From assembly GCA_964631565.1 (NCBI GenBank), contig CAZVYJ010000009.1:4862-68861 (forward strand): DNA of 64,000 nt, written 5' to 3'. Source of the stretch: an uncultured Planctomycetaceae bacterium. GTDB taxonomy: Bacteria > Planctomycetota > Phycisphaerae > SM23-33. Positions within the stretch are counted from its first letter, which is position 1. Every line of letters starts with the position of its first letter. Positions 1 to 9,988 of the stretch are shown here, in pieces. The translations under genes and the position numbers were made by a program. The notes under the pieces are model-generated. The model was not told the DNA's origin and made no database searches. It saw only the letters and a program-made list of their open reading frames with translations.

Positions 1-152
1 ATGACCTTGTAGTCTTCCAGCCTGTCGGCCTTAAGCCCGGTAACCATCGCGACCCGCTGAACCCTCGGCTTGCAGCCTGCCGTCATGGAGACTGCGGCCA
101 TAAGGAGAACCAGCATCGTGGTTTTTCCGATGTCTTTTCCGATGTGTTTCAT
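1..152 (-). CDS. Putative lipoprotein, N-terminal fragment only; the gene continues past the left edge of the window
   Basis: The reverse complement reads MKHIGKDIGKTTMLVLLMAAVSMTAGCKPRVQRVAMVTGLKADRLEDYKV... from an ATG at 152. AAGGAG lies 8 nt upstream. It has a signal peptide and a lipobox (MTAGC). The six-frame track does not list it because it is under 60 aa. Confidence 0.4.
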   Translation of the reverse strand, partial: MKHIGKDIGKTTMLVLLMAAVSMTAGCKPRVQRVAMVTGLKADRLEDYKV

Positions 153-608
153 CCTGGACATCTCCTTTCATCCGATCATCTCAAATTCAAAAACCGAAGC
201 GCCTGCGTCCCTGTCCGCCGTCTCGGCGAGCGAATATCAGGGTTCCATTAAATCGCGATGTACATCGGAATTGCAAGCACCTTGACAAGTATATCGTCAG
301 GCCGGGTTTTGGCCACCATGATGTCAGGCCGCCCCTCAGGGGCCGCCAGGCGACATTAAAAATGTTCCGCTTGAAATCAATCGTAAGCTTCGATTTTCTA
401 ATGCCTTGCCGAGCATAAATATATGCCGCCATATCCGAATTTCGCCAAGTTCCTCTCTTGTGTCGGCCAAATCCTCCGATAACAATACCGGCTGCCGTAA
501 AATCAGGCTGCCAAATTGCTTTGAGCGGCATGAAGCCGACTGGCAATCAACAATAACAACTCGCCCCCGGAGGCGCAGCTGGCAGTACAACATGGAAGGA
601 GCATTTAA

Positions 609-1988
609 GTGCATTACAGTAGTAAGAAGTCCCAGTGGGCCGGATTCCTGACAACTGTTCTGCTTTGCACATGGGGCGGGGCGACCTTGGCTCAAGTCGC
701 CGAAACCGCCTCCACTTCGCAGCCGGACAGAACCTGGCTCGACATGATCAAGAATCCGACGCCGTGGCTGTCGATAGGCGGCGACTGGCGGCTGCGAACT
801 CATTACGACAATAACTTCAGCAAACTCGACAAGGATTCCGCCGGCCACGAACGTATCTGGCAAAGGTACCGCACAAGGCTCTGGTGGAAGGTTACACCCG
901 TCGAAAACCTGGACTTCAATTTCCGCCTCGTGTGGGAATTCAAGCAGTACTGCAAACCGGAAGGCTCACGCAAGGTCGATCTCAGTGAGGTACTGTTCGA
1001 TGACTTCAACGTGAAATGGTCGAAGGCGTTCGGCCTGCCGCTGACAGCGACGATAGGCCGACAGAATTTTATGCTCGGCGACGGCTGGCTGGTATTCGAC
1101 GGCACACCGAGGGACGGTACGCGGACAAACTTCATCGACGCCGCAAGACTGACCCTCGACGTCCAGGAATGGGACACGGTTTTCGACGCGATATACGTTG
1201 ACCAGGCCGCTGACTCGGACCGCTGGCTGCCCGTGTTCAACGACCGCAATTTCGACCTCGTTGAGCACGACCAGAAGGGCGTCATTCTTTACGCCACCAA
1301 CAAGTCTCTCAGGAACACGGAGCTGTCAGGCTACTTCATTTACGTCGATGAAGAACGCGTGATGTCCACGGGCGATAATGCCGACATCTACACTTACGGC
1401 GGCCGCGTCCAGCACGACTTCAACGAGAACTGGCGAGGGCGTGCGGAACTCGCCCAGCAGCTCGGCCACAAAAATTGCGAAGACCTCTGCGCGCTCGGCT
1501 TCAACAGCCGCCTGACATACTTCACCCGCGACAGGTGGGACAACCAGTTCCGCTTAGGCTATGAATACCTCTCAGGCGACGACCCCAGCACGGACACCAA
1601 CGAGGCGTTCGACCGCCTGTGGGGCCGCTGGACGCAGTTCAGCAACGTCTATGAAAGCGTGTGGGGAATGGAAGGCCTGCCTTCGATGCAGACCAACATG
1701 CACCGCATTCAGTTCGGCTGGTCCATCTGGCCGGTAAAGGACATACTCGAACTCTGCTCGGATTACCACCTGCTGTTCGCCGACCAGAACTCGATGAAAG
1801 GCACAGCGGGTTTCAGCGACGCCGGGCATTTCCGCGGCCAGCTTTTTACAACGGTGCTGAGATATAAACAGAACGAGCACCTCTGCCACACCCTGACCGG
1901 CGAAGTTTTCTTCCCCGGCGATTATTACACGGACGATAAAAACGACCCGGCCGTCTTCGCACGATACGAACTCGTGATAAGCTGGTAA
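609..1988 (+). CDS. Outer-membrane beta-barrel protein, alginate-export (AlgE)-like
   Basis: GTG start at 609 with GGAAGGAG 8 nt upstream. N-terminal signal peptide ending ...ATLAQ. The sequence is rich in alternating aromatic and polar residues and ends ...YELVISW, the aromatic C-terminus typical of beta-barrel outer membrane proteins. I matched the family by eye to alginate-export/porin-like barrels. Confidence 0.5.
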   Translation: MHYSSKKSQWAGFLTTVLLCTWGGATLAQVAETASTSQPDRTWLDMIKNPTPWLSIGGDWRLRTHYDNNFSKLDKDSAGHERIWQRYRTRLWWKVTPVENLDFNFRLVWEFKQYCKPEGSRKVDLSEVLFDDFNVKWSKAFGLPLTATIGRQNFMLGDGWLVFDGTPRDGTRTNFIDAARLTLDVQEWDTVFDAIYVDQAADSDRWLPVFNDRNFDLVEHDQKGVILYATNKSLRNTELSGYFIYVDEERVMSTGDNADIYTYGGRVQHDFNENWRGRAELAQQLGHKNCEDLCALGFNSRLTYFTRDRWDNQFRLGYEYLSGDDPSTDTNEAFDRLWGRWTQFSNVYESVWGMEGLPSMQTNMHRIQFGWSIWPVKDILELCSDYHLLFADQNSMKGTAGFSDAGHFRGQLFTTVLRYKQNEHLCHTLTGEVFFPGDYYTDDKNDPAVFARYELVISW

Positions 1989-1995
1989 TAAAAAC

Positions 1996-2030
1996 GAGTT
2001 CAGAGTTCAGAGTTCGGAGTTCTGAGTTCA
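1996..2030. repeat. Heptanucleotide tandem repeat (GAGTTCN) x5, in the gap between two convergent genes
   Basis: Read directly: gagttca gagttca gagttcg gagttct gagttca, starting 8 nt after the stop codon at 1988. Confidence 0.9.
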
Positions 2031-2158
2031 AACATGCCGGGGCAGACAAAACGCCTGCTCCGGTTTTTTATGCGCAATGTTTACACGAAGTTTCGCCATC
2101 ACTCAGCCGGCCGGGTTGCAGGCTGCGTTTCAGGCTGGGTTGCAGGTCGTGTTTTAGG

Positions 2159-3862
2159 TTACGACTCCGGCTGGGACTGCGAGGCGGCCTTCTGCTTCTT
2201 GTCCGCCTGCTGCTGGAGATATGTCTTGTGGTTTTTGAAGCCTTCCAGCCGTTTCACAAATCTCTGCTTAGTCTCGGCGTCATTCTCGTATTCAACGGCT
2301 TTTTTCTGCGTTTCGATCGCCTTGTCCCACTGGCCGTCTTCGGCATAGGCGCAGGCGAGCGTATCCATATAGCAGGCACTGAAGTTTGTGTCATTGCAGG
2401 CTTTCGTGGCGTATTCAATCGCGGCCTTGACGTCGCGGTAGGCCGGGTCTTCGCAGGTCACATAAAACCATGCCAGATTGTTGCAGCAGGATGAATACGT
2501 GAATGTCTGATAGCCGATTTCAATGCTCTTTTTGAAATCGGCAACGACTTTTTCCATGTCGCCGAGTTTTTCCCACACCCGGGCCCTTCTGCAATACCAC
2601 CACGCCTTTTCGTAGTCGTGGGTGCCAAGGCTGATGGCCGCAGTAATATCTTCAATGGCCTTTTCGTTCTCGTTGAACGATTCGTAGATATACGCCCTGC
2701 TTATATAGCTATCCGCATCGTTCAGATCCAGTTCAATGGCCCTAGTGCTGTCCGCGACGGCTTTTTCTCTCTGTTTGAGTTCACCATACGCCGCCGCCCG
2801 ACAGACGTAGTACTTGGGCTTCGACGGCTTCAACTCGATGGCCCTGCTGAAATCAGTCTCTGCCTCTTTAGGTCTTTGGGTATGCATCAAAAACTCTCCC
2901 CGCAAACAATAACACTCGTCATTTTCGGGAGAGAACTCTATGGCTTTTGTAAAATCGGAGTATGCTTCGTCGTTCCGGTCGAGGTTGCGATGAAACCAGC
3001 CCCGGCATATGTAGGCTGCTGAATTGTCCGGCATCAGTTTTACGGCAATATTCATAAGGGCCATGGGCGAATTTTTGTCATTTACCGGAATCTCCAGGTT
3101 GTCGATAATCGCACATCCCAGAATATCCCCATGAAATGCCTCGTAATAGGGATCAGCAATCCTTCTTTTTGCAAATATATAGTCCCTGTTATAGAGGAGC
3201 CATGCGGCATGGTGGACACTTTCCAGGAACAGAGCGACTAAATCAGTTGTGAACTTCACATTGCCGGATCCCTCTTTGACCTTGGTGATACTACGAGCGA
3301 TCGCCCATGAACTCTCCGTGTCAATCCTGATAAGAATCGCAATGGCGGTCATGAAATGCTGTCGATACGCATTAACAATTTCATTGAGCCTGATTTTTGC
3401 TTCTTTTGACACGGCAGATTCAACTGCGGCATGAATCGCGTCCGCTTGGCAGAAACCCCTTGCCTTGAGCTTATCGGTAGCGGCCTCTCGCTTTTTCCAC
3501 CTGTCGGAATCCAGGTCCGCGATGAGCTTGGCGACGGCTTCCTTGCTGAGCTTCACTTCGACAAACTGCTCATGCAGGAACGCAACGACCAGGTCTTTTT
3601 CATCAAGCATCGCCTTCCATGCATTGGCGAAGGCTTCTTTGTCGCTGCTGTCGGCCGCCAGGAGTTTCTCCCACAGGGCCGAGATTTTGTCTCTCTGCTC
3701 GTCAGTGAGCTGAGGCAGCTTTATTTCCTCGGCCGGCGCGTCCGGGCGGGTTTCCACCTGGATAGCCGGCTGAGTTTCGGATTGAGTCGCCTGACCTGCA
3801 GCAAAAGGCAAATTGGCACCCCAAATAATCCCCAGTGCAATAAATGCAGTTTTACAATACAT
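2159..3862 (-). CDS. Secreted TPR-repeat protein
   Basis: The track ORF is 2159..3880. I prefer the ATG at 3862 (MYCKTAFIALGIIWGANLPFAAGQ..., a signal peptide) with AGGGGTG 8 nt upstream. At least six TPR-like 34-residue units are visible (AYICRGWF..., AYSDFTKAIEFSPEND..., AETDFSRAIELKPSKP..., AVADSTRAIELDLNDADSY..., AIEDITAAISLGTHD...). Confidence 0.7.
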   Translation of the reverse strand: MYCKTAFIALGIIWGANLPFAAGQATQSETQPAIQVETRPDAPAEEIKLPQLTDEQRDKISALWEKLLAADSSDKEAFANAWKAMLDEKDLVVAFLHEQFVEVKLSKEAVAKLIADLDSDRWKKREAATDKLKARGFCQADAIHAAVESAVSKEAKIRLNEIVNAYRQHFMTAIAILIRIDTESSWAIARSITKVKEGSGNVKFTTDLVALFLESVHHAAWLLYNRDYIFAKRRIADPYYEAFHGDILGCAIIDNLEIPVNDKNSPMALMNIAVKLMPDNSAAYICRGWFHRNLDRNDEAYSDFTKAIEFSPENDECYCLRGEFLMHTQRPKEAETDFSRAIELKPSKPKYYVCRAAAYGELKQREKAVADSTRAIELDLNDADSYISRAYIYESFNENEKAIEDITAAISLGTHDYEKAWWYCRRARVWEKLGDMEKVVADFKKSIEIGYQTFTYSSCCNNLAWFYVTCEDPAYRDVKAAIEYATKACNDTNFSACYMDTLACAYAEDGQWDKAIETQKKAVEYENDAETKQRFVKRLEGFKNHKTYLQQQADKKQKAASQSQPES

Positions 3863-4156
3863 TTCGGCACCCCTGTTCATTTGAAAGGCATTTTACCAGA
3901 ACTCCCCCGCTGGAACAATTCCGGCACCAATGAGGCGTTCGACCTTCCTTGTTGAAAACCAGCGGCACGGGCATCTCCGCAGGACGCTGTGCGTTGCCCG
4001 TGAATTGCCAGGAATGATGACATGCCCCCTGTTGCATCTGCGGCTCCCCTTGCCAGAGGGTTTGCGTTAATTAAAACAACAAACTTACCCGTAACGTCCG
4101 CCTGTGTGCGTGGTTCAACAACAAGCCCATGGCAGCGGGCACGGAGAACCTTGGTT

Positions 4157-6679
4157 ATGACCTGTTTGAGAATTACCGCCGGCATTTCGATGTTATTCTG
4201 CCTTATCGCCTGCCTGACGGGATGCCCAGGAAATAACGACAATATCTCGCCCAATGCAAACAGCTGGCAGCCCTTGACAGCCGACAACCAGCCATATAGC
4301 ATCCCGCAGCCTGTGAATGAACCCGCAAAACTTGAAGGAACTAACAGCATGGCCGCAACACCAGCCCCTGATATTCGCAGCCTTTACAATACAACCCGTG
4401 AGAAAATCGCCGAAATCCGCGCAAACGTCAACCTGGAAGAAAACCCGGCCTACCGGGTCGCGGTCAAGGAGACGGCAAGGACCATAACGCTCAGCCGCGA
4501 GCCTTACAGCATAACGTTCGACCGGAAGTCGGCGATGGTGCGATCCGCCGTCATCGACGGCGTGAAACTTGACGAAGTCATGCTGCCGCACCTGCTGATA
4601 ATCGACGAAAATGGCAAGCCGCAGAAGCAGTCGGAATCGACCGCCGGCGAGCTCAGGGTCCGCCACGAGAAATTCAGCCTGTTCCTGGAAGGATACTTCA
4701 CCATCTGCGGCCGCCGTGTGCCGGTGGTCTATGAAATGGACCGCATGACCGGCACGACGTTCTGCACGATGGACGTGCCCGGCCCGCTGAAGGTCCGGCG
4801 GCTGACGCTGGAGCACTCGCTCGGACGGACGCCGCGCCCGCTGGACACGTTCTACGCCCCGCACCACTATCTCAAGACGTTCAAGCCCTACAAGCCGACC
4901 GTGATCAACGAGCATCGCCCTGACGTGATATTCGAGAAGGACACGATGATGTTCTGGACCGACGGGCACATCGGCATGCAGGTCTATTCGATAACGTGGG
5001 ACAAAAGCAAAGTCCTGCCTGCCGAGAAGAAATACATCTACGGCACGGGGGAAATCCGCGACGGCGCCAGCTGGGCTGACCTGACGTTCATCTCGACCGG
5101 AACGAAGGAAAGCATGCTCCTGCCGGACGGCTACCGGGCGACGTGCGCATTCAGCCCTATGCCATACAAGAAGTGGCGGCCTCTCAGCGATATCGCGTCG
5201 TCGGACTGCGGTTTCGCGCCTAAGGAGGCGCCGGGCTACGAACGCGGCGCAGAAATCGCCGCCGGCCTCAAGCGGTTCGGCCAGGCCGGCACGACGCTGC
5301 TGATACACAACCAGCCGCATCCCTGCTTCGTGCCGCTCGACCCGGACTTCACGCGCTGGCAGGCGGACGAAGCCCGCCGCAACGGCATGAAGATGATTCT
5401 TTACATCGAGCGGTCGTGGGCGCGCGAGGCGGCCCATCCGAAATCGGGCCTGCTGACCGAAGAGGAACTCCTCAACGGGCGGCAGGAACTCAAAAGCCAC
5501 TGGGGCGACAAAGACGGCGGCGCCGGCCGATGGGGCGACCTGCTCACCATGTGCTGCAACTACGAGCCGTGGCGCATCCACCTGCTGACGATGTGCGACT
5601 ACTACGTCGGCACGCTGGGATTCGACGGCATCTACCTCGACACGTCGTTCATCTGCTCGTGCCAGAACACGCGGCACGGCGAAAGCCCCGACGAAAGCAC
5701 GTCGGTCCGCGGCTCAATGATTTTCCAGCAGGACCTGCGGCTGCTGATGGACGACTACGCCCGCAGGAACGGCCGACCCTACATAATCATCAATCACTAC
5801 TGGGATCAGCACGCCGCACCGGTCGCGGGCGTCATCGACTATACGCTGCCCGGCGAGCAGGACGCCAACAAGATGATGAAGACCCTCACGCCGCAGAATT
5901 TCGCCTACGGCTACTCGGCCATCCCGAACGGCGTGAACTCCATGTGGTATACCGCGGGCACGTACGACTACACCTGCCCGCAGATTTACAACGACGCAGC
6001 CGAATGCGGCGGCATGATGTTCGCAGCATGCGCGCCCAACACCGTCGGAATGATGATGCACGTCCGGCACAATCAGCCGGCCGCCCAGTACGGGCTGGAA
6101 GGCTCGACGCCCGTCCACAGGTTCAGCGCCGATTACGACAAGCTGTTCACCGGCGGCGACAGCCGCACCCGGGCCATGATGTATATCAAGGACGACAGCG
6201 CGATGGTGTTCCTCATCAACGACGGCCCGAAAAGCAAAAACACGTCGTTCTCGTTCAGGCATCCACGCGCGTCGTGGAAGAAATGCCTCGTCCTCGACGC
6301 GGCAAACATGACCTGGCAGGTCGTGGACGCCAAGCGAGGAAGAATCGAAATGAGCGGTCTGGACTGCTCCGAAGGCCCGCTGCCGATGATAGTGCGCCCC
6401 TACCCCACGCAGGTCGGCCTGAACTGGTTCGACAACCAGACCCGCAGCGTGAAGGTCGAAGTCTCCGGCACGCAGGTGACCGTGACGGCCCGCGGCGTCG
6501 CAGAATCGGTGAGCGCATGCTACCTCGAGGCCCCCGAAGGAATACAACTGACCCGCATGGGCGTCGTGATTGGCAAGGTCAATCCGAATATCTTCTGCCT
6601 GTCGCTCGCCTACGACCGCAACGGCAGGGCCATGCAGATACTGGAAATCAGCAAGGTCCCGGTTAAACCCAAACGCTGA
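4157..6679 (+). CDS. Large lipoprotein, possibly glycoside-hydrolase-like TIM barrel
   Basis: The track ORF starts at 4022. I prefer ATG 4157 (MTCLRITAGISMLFCLIACLTGC, with lipobox LTGC). The central region (ILYIERSWAREAAH... FDGIYLDTSF...) resembles glycoside-hydrolase-like barrels. That is a weak, by-eye call. The overlapping frames are R/A-rich and spurious. Confidence 0.45.
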   Translation: MTCLRITAGISMLFCLIACLTGCPGNNDNISPNANSWQPLTADNQPYSIPQPVNEPAKLEGTNSMAATPAPDIRSLYNTTREKIAEIRANVNLEENPAYRVAVKETARTITLSREPYSITFDRKSAMVRSAVIDGVKLDEVMLPHLLIIDENGKPQKQSESTAGELRVRHEKFSLFLEGYFTICGRRVPVVYEMDRMTGTTFCTMDVPGPLKVRRLTLEHSLGRTPRPLDTFYAPHHYLKTFKPYKPTVINEHRPDVIFEKDTMMFWTDGHIGMQVYSITWDKSKVLPAEKKYIYGTGEIRDGASWADLTFISTGTKESMLLPDGYRATCAFSPMPYKKWRPLSDIASSDCGFAPKEAPGYERGAEIAAGLKRFGQAGTTLLIHNQPHPCFVPLDPDFTRWQADEARRNGMKMILYIERSWAREAAHPKSGLLTEEELLNGRQELKSHWGDKDGGAGRWGDLLTMCCNYEPWRIHLLTMCDYYVGTLGFDGIYLDTSFICSCQNTRHGESPDESTSVRGSMIFQQDLRLLMDDYARRNGRPYIIINHYWDQHAAPVAGVIDYTLPGEQDANKMMKTLTPQNFAYGYSAIPNGVNSMWYTAGTYDYTCPQIYNDAAECGGMMFAACAPNTVGMMMHVRHNQPAAQYGLEGSTPVHRFSADYDKLFTGGDSRTRAMMYIKDDSAMVFLINDGPKSKNTSFSFRHPRASWKKCLVLDAANMTWQVVDAKRGRIEMSGLDCSEGPLPMIVRPYPTQVGLNWFDNQTRSVKVEVSGTQVTVTARGVAESVSACYLEAPEGIQLTRMGVVIGKVNPNIFCLSLAYDRNGRAMQILEISKVPVKPKR

Positions 6680-6709
6680 TACAAAAACACAGATTCAGAC
6701 AATCATCGC

Positions 6710-6743
6710 AACCCGGCCGGCCCGCATGACCGGCCGGTTTTAT
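6710..6743 (+). terminator. Rho-independent terminator after the lipoprotein gene
   Basis: A cccggccgg-cccgcatga-ccggccgg hairpin followed by TTTTAT. Confidence 0.6.
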
Positions 6744-6834
6744 GTATTCATGTGGGGACAAGTCCGGGCTTTCAAACTTGTAACCTCTGTTCATGCCGCC
6801 TAAAATTCCATAAGCCTCTTATAAGGACAGAGCG

Positions 6835-8379
6835 ATGGCGACGGAATCGCACGCATACGAAGCAGTGAAAATATGCGACGACGTTTACTGGATCGGCGCA
6901 GTCGACTGGGACGTCCGCAACTTCCACGGCTATCTCACCAGCCGCGGCACGACATATAACGCATATCTCATCATGGCCGACAAGCCCGCGCTCATCGACA
7001 CGGTGAAGGCGCCGTTTTTCGGCGAGATGATGTCTCGCATCGCGTCGGTCATCGACCCGGCGAAAATCGAGTACATCGTCTCCAACCATTCCGAGATGGA
7101 CCACACCGGCTCGCTGCCGGCGACCATGAAAGCCGTCGCGCCGAAAAAAGTTTTCGCCTCGGCCATGGGGCAAAAGGCGCTGACGGCCCACTTCCACATG
7201 CCGGCCGAGCAGATAACCGTCGTTAAAACCGGCGACAGCGTTGACCTCGGCGACATGCAGCTGGCCTTCGTAGAGACGCGCATGTGCCACTGGCCCGACA
7301 GCATGGTCTCTTACCTGCCGCAGCGCGAGCTTCTGTTCAGCCAGGACGGGTTCGGCATGCACCTTGCCGGTTGCGAACGCTTCGCCGACGAACTGCCGGC
7401 GGAAGTGCTGCACTACGAGGCCGCCAAGTATTACGCCAACATACTGCTGCCGCTCTCGAAGTTCATCGACAAGGCGCTTGCATCCATCGAGGGCCTCGGC
7501 GTGCCTATAAGTATGGTCGCGCCCGACCACGGCCCGATATGGCGCCGCCCGAAAGACATCGAGTGGATAATCTCCAGCTACGCCCGCTGGTCGGCTCAGA
7601 AGCCCGTGCCGAAGGCCGTCGTGGTTTACGATTCCATGTGGGGATCGACGGCGATGATGGCACGCGCCATCGGCGACGGGCTGGCCGCCGGCGGCGCGCA
7701 CGTCAAGCTCATGAGCATGAACTCCGCCCACCGCAGCGACGTGATTACCGAACTGCTGGAGGCCGGCGCACTGCTGGTCGGCTCGCCGACGATGAACAAC
7801 AACATCTTTCCCACGCTTGCCGACGTGATGACGTACGTCAAGGGCCTGCGGCCTCGCAACCTCATCGGTGCGGCGTTCGGGTCGTACGGCTGGGGCGGCG
7901 AAGCGCCGAAACAACTGACCGCCATCCTGCAGGACATGGGCGTCGAGGTCATCGCCGACCCGCTGCGGATAAATTACGTACCGGACGACGTCGCGCTCGC
8001 CCAGTGCCGGCAGCTCGGCCTGAAAACAGCCGAAATTCTCAAGGCACGCTGCGAAGGCGCGGCGCCCATCGTCCCTGAGGAGCAGCCGGCCCCCTCGAAA
8101 AAATGCGTCATCGACATCAACAACGGCGCCCGCCGGCTGGAGGTTGCGCCAGGGAAAAGCCTCTTCGAGACGCTGAACGACAACAATATTTTCCTGCCGA
8201 CCATCTGCGGCGGCGCTGGCCTGTGCGGAATGTGCAAGGTCACCGTCAAAAGCGGCGGCGGCGAGCCTACGGTCGCCGAAAAAGACCGGTTCTCGACTGA
8301 ACAACTTGCAGCCGGACTCCGGCTCGCCTGCCAGGTGCGTATATCGGGCGACATGGAAATCCAAATCCCGGATCAGTAG
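6835..8379 (+). CDS. Flavodiiron protein (metallo-beta-lactamase-like diiron domain plus flavodoxin domain) with a C-terminal plant-type [2Fe-2S] ferredoxin domain
   Basis: The N-terminus matches rubredoxin-oxygen oxidoreductase / FprA (YWIGAVDWDVRNFHGY...SNHSEMDHTGSL). A flavodoxin-like segment follows (VVYDSMWGSTAMMARAIGDGL...). The last ~95 aa carry CGGAGLCGMC...LACQ, the Cys spacing of NqrF/phenol-hydroxylase-reductase type 2Fe-2S ferredoxins. Confidence 0.8.
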   Translation: MATESHAYEAVKICDDVYWIGAVDWDVRNFHGYLTSRGTTYNAYLIMADKPALIDTVKAPFFGEMMSRIASVIDPAKIEYIVSNHSEMDHTGSLPATMKAVAPKKVFASAMGQKALTAHFHMPAEQITVVKTGDSVDLGDMQLAFVETRMCHWPDSMVSYLPQRELLFSQDGFGMHLAGCERFADELPAEVLHYEAAKYYANILLPLSKFIDKALASIEGLGVPISMVAPDHGPIWRRPKDIEWIISSYARWSAQKPVPKAVVVYDSMWGSTAMMARAIGDGLAAGGAHVKLMSMNSAHRSDVITELLEAGALLVGSPTMNNNIFPTLADVMTYVKGLRPRNLIGAAFGSYGWGGEAPKQLTAILQDMGVEVIADPLRINYVPDDVALAQCRQLGLKTAEILKARCEGAAPIVPEEQPAPSKKCVIDINNGARRLEVAPGKSLFETLNDNNIFLPTICGGAGLCGMCKVTVKSGGGEPTVAEKDRFSTEQLAAGLRLACQVRISGDMEIQIPDQ

Positions 8380-8771
8380 CACGTTTTAACCGGATTCCCG
8401 CATCAATGACGTTTATGGTCATAGGAAAACGAGCTGCCGCATGGACGGAACCTCGTACAAATGCCGGATATCCAAGGCGTTAAGTCAGGCAAAACAAATC
8501 GCGACAAGTCCGCGTCATGGGCACTGACATCGAAGCATCCGCGGCCCCTGCAACTGCCGGCAGTGCGCGGCAAGCGAAAATATCCCAAGCGGGCGCGACG
8601 AATAATTGCGTTAATTCTTTCTTGCCGCGCGTTTATAGCTGCAGGTAGAATTACGCTGTTCCAGTAAGCCACATAGTTTGTGGCTGAATGCGATGCGAGG
8701 CCGAATCGGCTTGCCTCGTGCAGCCGACAGAGGTGTGCATCGTTAACCTTATTGTGGAGCTTGGAGAAATC

Positions 8772-9107
8772 GTGGCTAAGAACATTTATGTAGGCAACCT
8801 GAGTTACAGCACTTCCGAAGCAGACGTTGAAAAGCTGTTCTCGCAGTATGGCCCAATCGACAGTGTCAAGATCATCACCGATCGTCAGACCGGCCGCAGC
8901 AAAGGCTTCGGCTTCGTCGAAATGACCAACGCAGAAGACGCTGACAAGGCAATCGCGGAACTTAACGGCAAAGACGTCGGCGGCAGAGCGCTGACAGTCA
9001 ACGAAGCTCGCCCGCGTGAAGCAGGCGGCGGCGACCGCGGCGGACGCGGTGGCAATCGCGGCGGACGCGGCGGACGCGGCGGCAGTCGCAACGGCGACAG
9101 CTGGTAA
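8772..9107 (+). CDS. RRM-domain RNA-binding protein with an RGG/GGR-rich C-terminal tail
   Basis: GTG at 8772, GGAG 5 nt upstream. RNP1 motif KGFGFVEM and RNP2 motif IYVGNL. The tail is GGGDRGGRGGNRGGRGGRGGSRNG. The track ORF start at 8688 is upstream of any plausible ribosome binding site. Confidence 0.8.
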   Translation: MAKNIYVGNLSYSTSEADVEKLFSQYGPIDSVKIITDRQTGRSKGFGFVEMTNAEDADKAIAELNGKDVGGRALTVNEARPREAGGGDRGGRGGNRGGRGGRGGSRNGDSW

Positions 9108-9129
9108 GAAAACTCACCGCAAAATAATT

Positions 9130-9170
9130 CAGCGCCAGTCGCGATAACGCGACTGGCGCTGCCTTTTGCG
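9130..9170 (+). terminator. Rho-independent terminator after the RRM gene
   Basis: cagcgccagtcgcg-ataa-cgcgactggcgctg (14-bp stem) followed by ccTTTTg. Confidence 0.75.
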
Positions 9171-9206
9171 CCAAGTGAAAACAATGGCCGCGGAATACCG
9201 CATCTG

Positions 9207-9668
9207 TCAGGTGTGCATTCTTTCATAAGTTAAATGAACGATTTTCACATTCCCCCACTTTCGGGCTAAAAATTCCGCCGCCAGTCTTCTATGGCAATGA
9301 TTTGGAGATGCCTCGCTGCACAGCAGGCATGCGCCGTCGAACTCTTCACGATTAAGTTTCGCATCGGGCTTTCTCTGTTGCAGGATTGCAATGTATTCCC
9401 GTTCATACTCTCCCCATGTGACGCCGCCCTTTTTATATCCGTCCAGAAGCTCTTTTGACGGGGCCAGAATCGGCTGGTGCTCGTAGCCGACATCGAGGAT
9501 TGAACGCAAAAAATACCGCAGGTCGTCGCTCTTCGTGAAACCAGCCAGTTGCGACCGGTTATACAGACGGACGTCTATTACTTTGCGTACGGAATTCTGA
9601 CGCAATATTTCAAAGAACTCTTTGGCCGTCTTCCCCGCAGAACCTATTGTGTAAAGAGCAATATCCAT
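9207..9668 (-). CDS. DUF488-family protein, function unknown
   Basis: MDIALYTIGSAGKTAKEFFEILRQNSVRKVIDVRL... matches the DUF488 N-terminal signature (IYTIGHS...EF...L). GC is ~50%, versus ~62% in the flanks. Confidence 0.6.
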   Translation of the reverse strand: MDIALYTIGSAGKTAKEFFEILRQNSVRKVIDVRLYNRSQLAGFTKSDDLRYFLRSILDVGYEHQPILAPSKELLDGYKKGGVTWGEYEREYIAILQQRKPDAKLNREEFDGACLLCSEASPNHCHRRLAAEFLARKWGNVKIVHLTYERMHT

Positions 9669-9988
9669 TGTTCATCTCCATTCCAGATGGCGACATCATC
9701 CTTGAGCCATAAACCTCTATCACATAATTTCATCCCCCCATACTTATAGCCCATGACGCCCAATTCTCACGAATTCGTATCCCAAAAAGGTTTATCCATC
9801 CCATAACTCCAGTCCTTGCAAAGAAATAATTTTTTTACAGAATTTCCTTTGTCGCCAAAAATGCGGAATCAATTGCGTGCGCAAATACGTCCGAAACAGA
9901 TGTTCGACAAGGTCGCGAATCTTCGCGGCTGCCGCACGCTGGAGATGTACTGGGGCGGCATCGGCGACTGGAGAGCGTAGCGGAAGCT

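Noticed and set aside
4193-5677. 494-aa minus-strand ORF, together with the 5416..6666 plus-strand ORF, overlapping the 4157-6679 lipoprotein gene
   Set aside because: Their composition is R/A/G/P-dominated, which is typical of out-of-frame reading of high-GC coding DNA. The plus-strand frame at 4157 gives a complex, signal-peptide-bearing protein.
6772-8382. 536-aa minus-strand ORF antisense to the flavodiiron gene
   Set aside because: The flavodiiron frame has unmistakable diiron, flavodoxin and ferredoxin motifs. The antisense frame is R/G-rich junk.
8980-9100. Short GC-rich tandem nucleotide repeats (ggcggacgcggcgg...) that might be taken for a CRISPR array or VNTR
   Set aside because: They are the in-frame coding sequence of the RGG/GGR low-complexity tail of the RRM protein. 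There are no spacers and no repeat-spacer periodicity.
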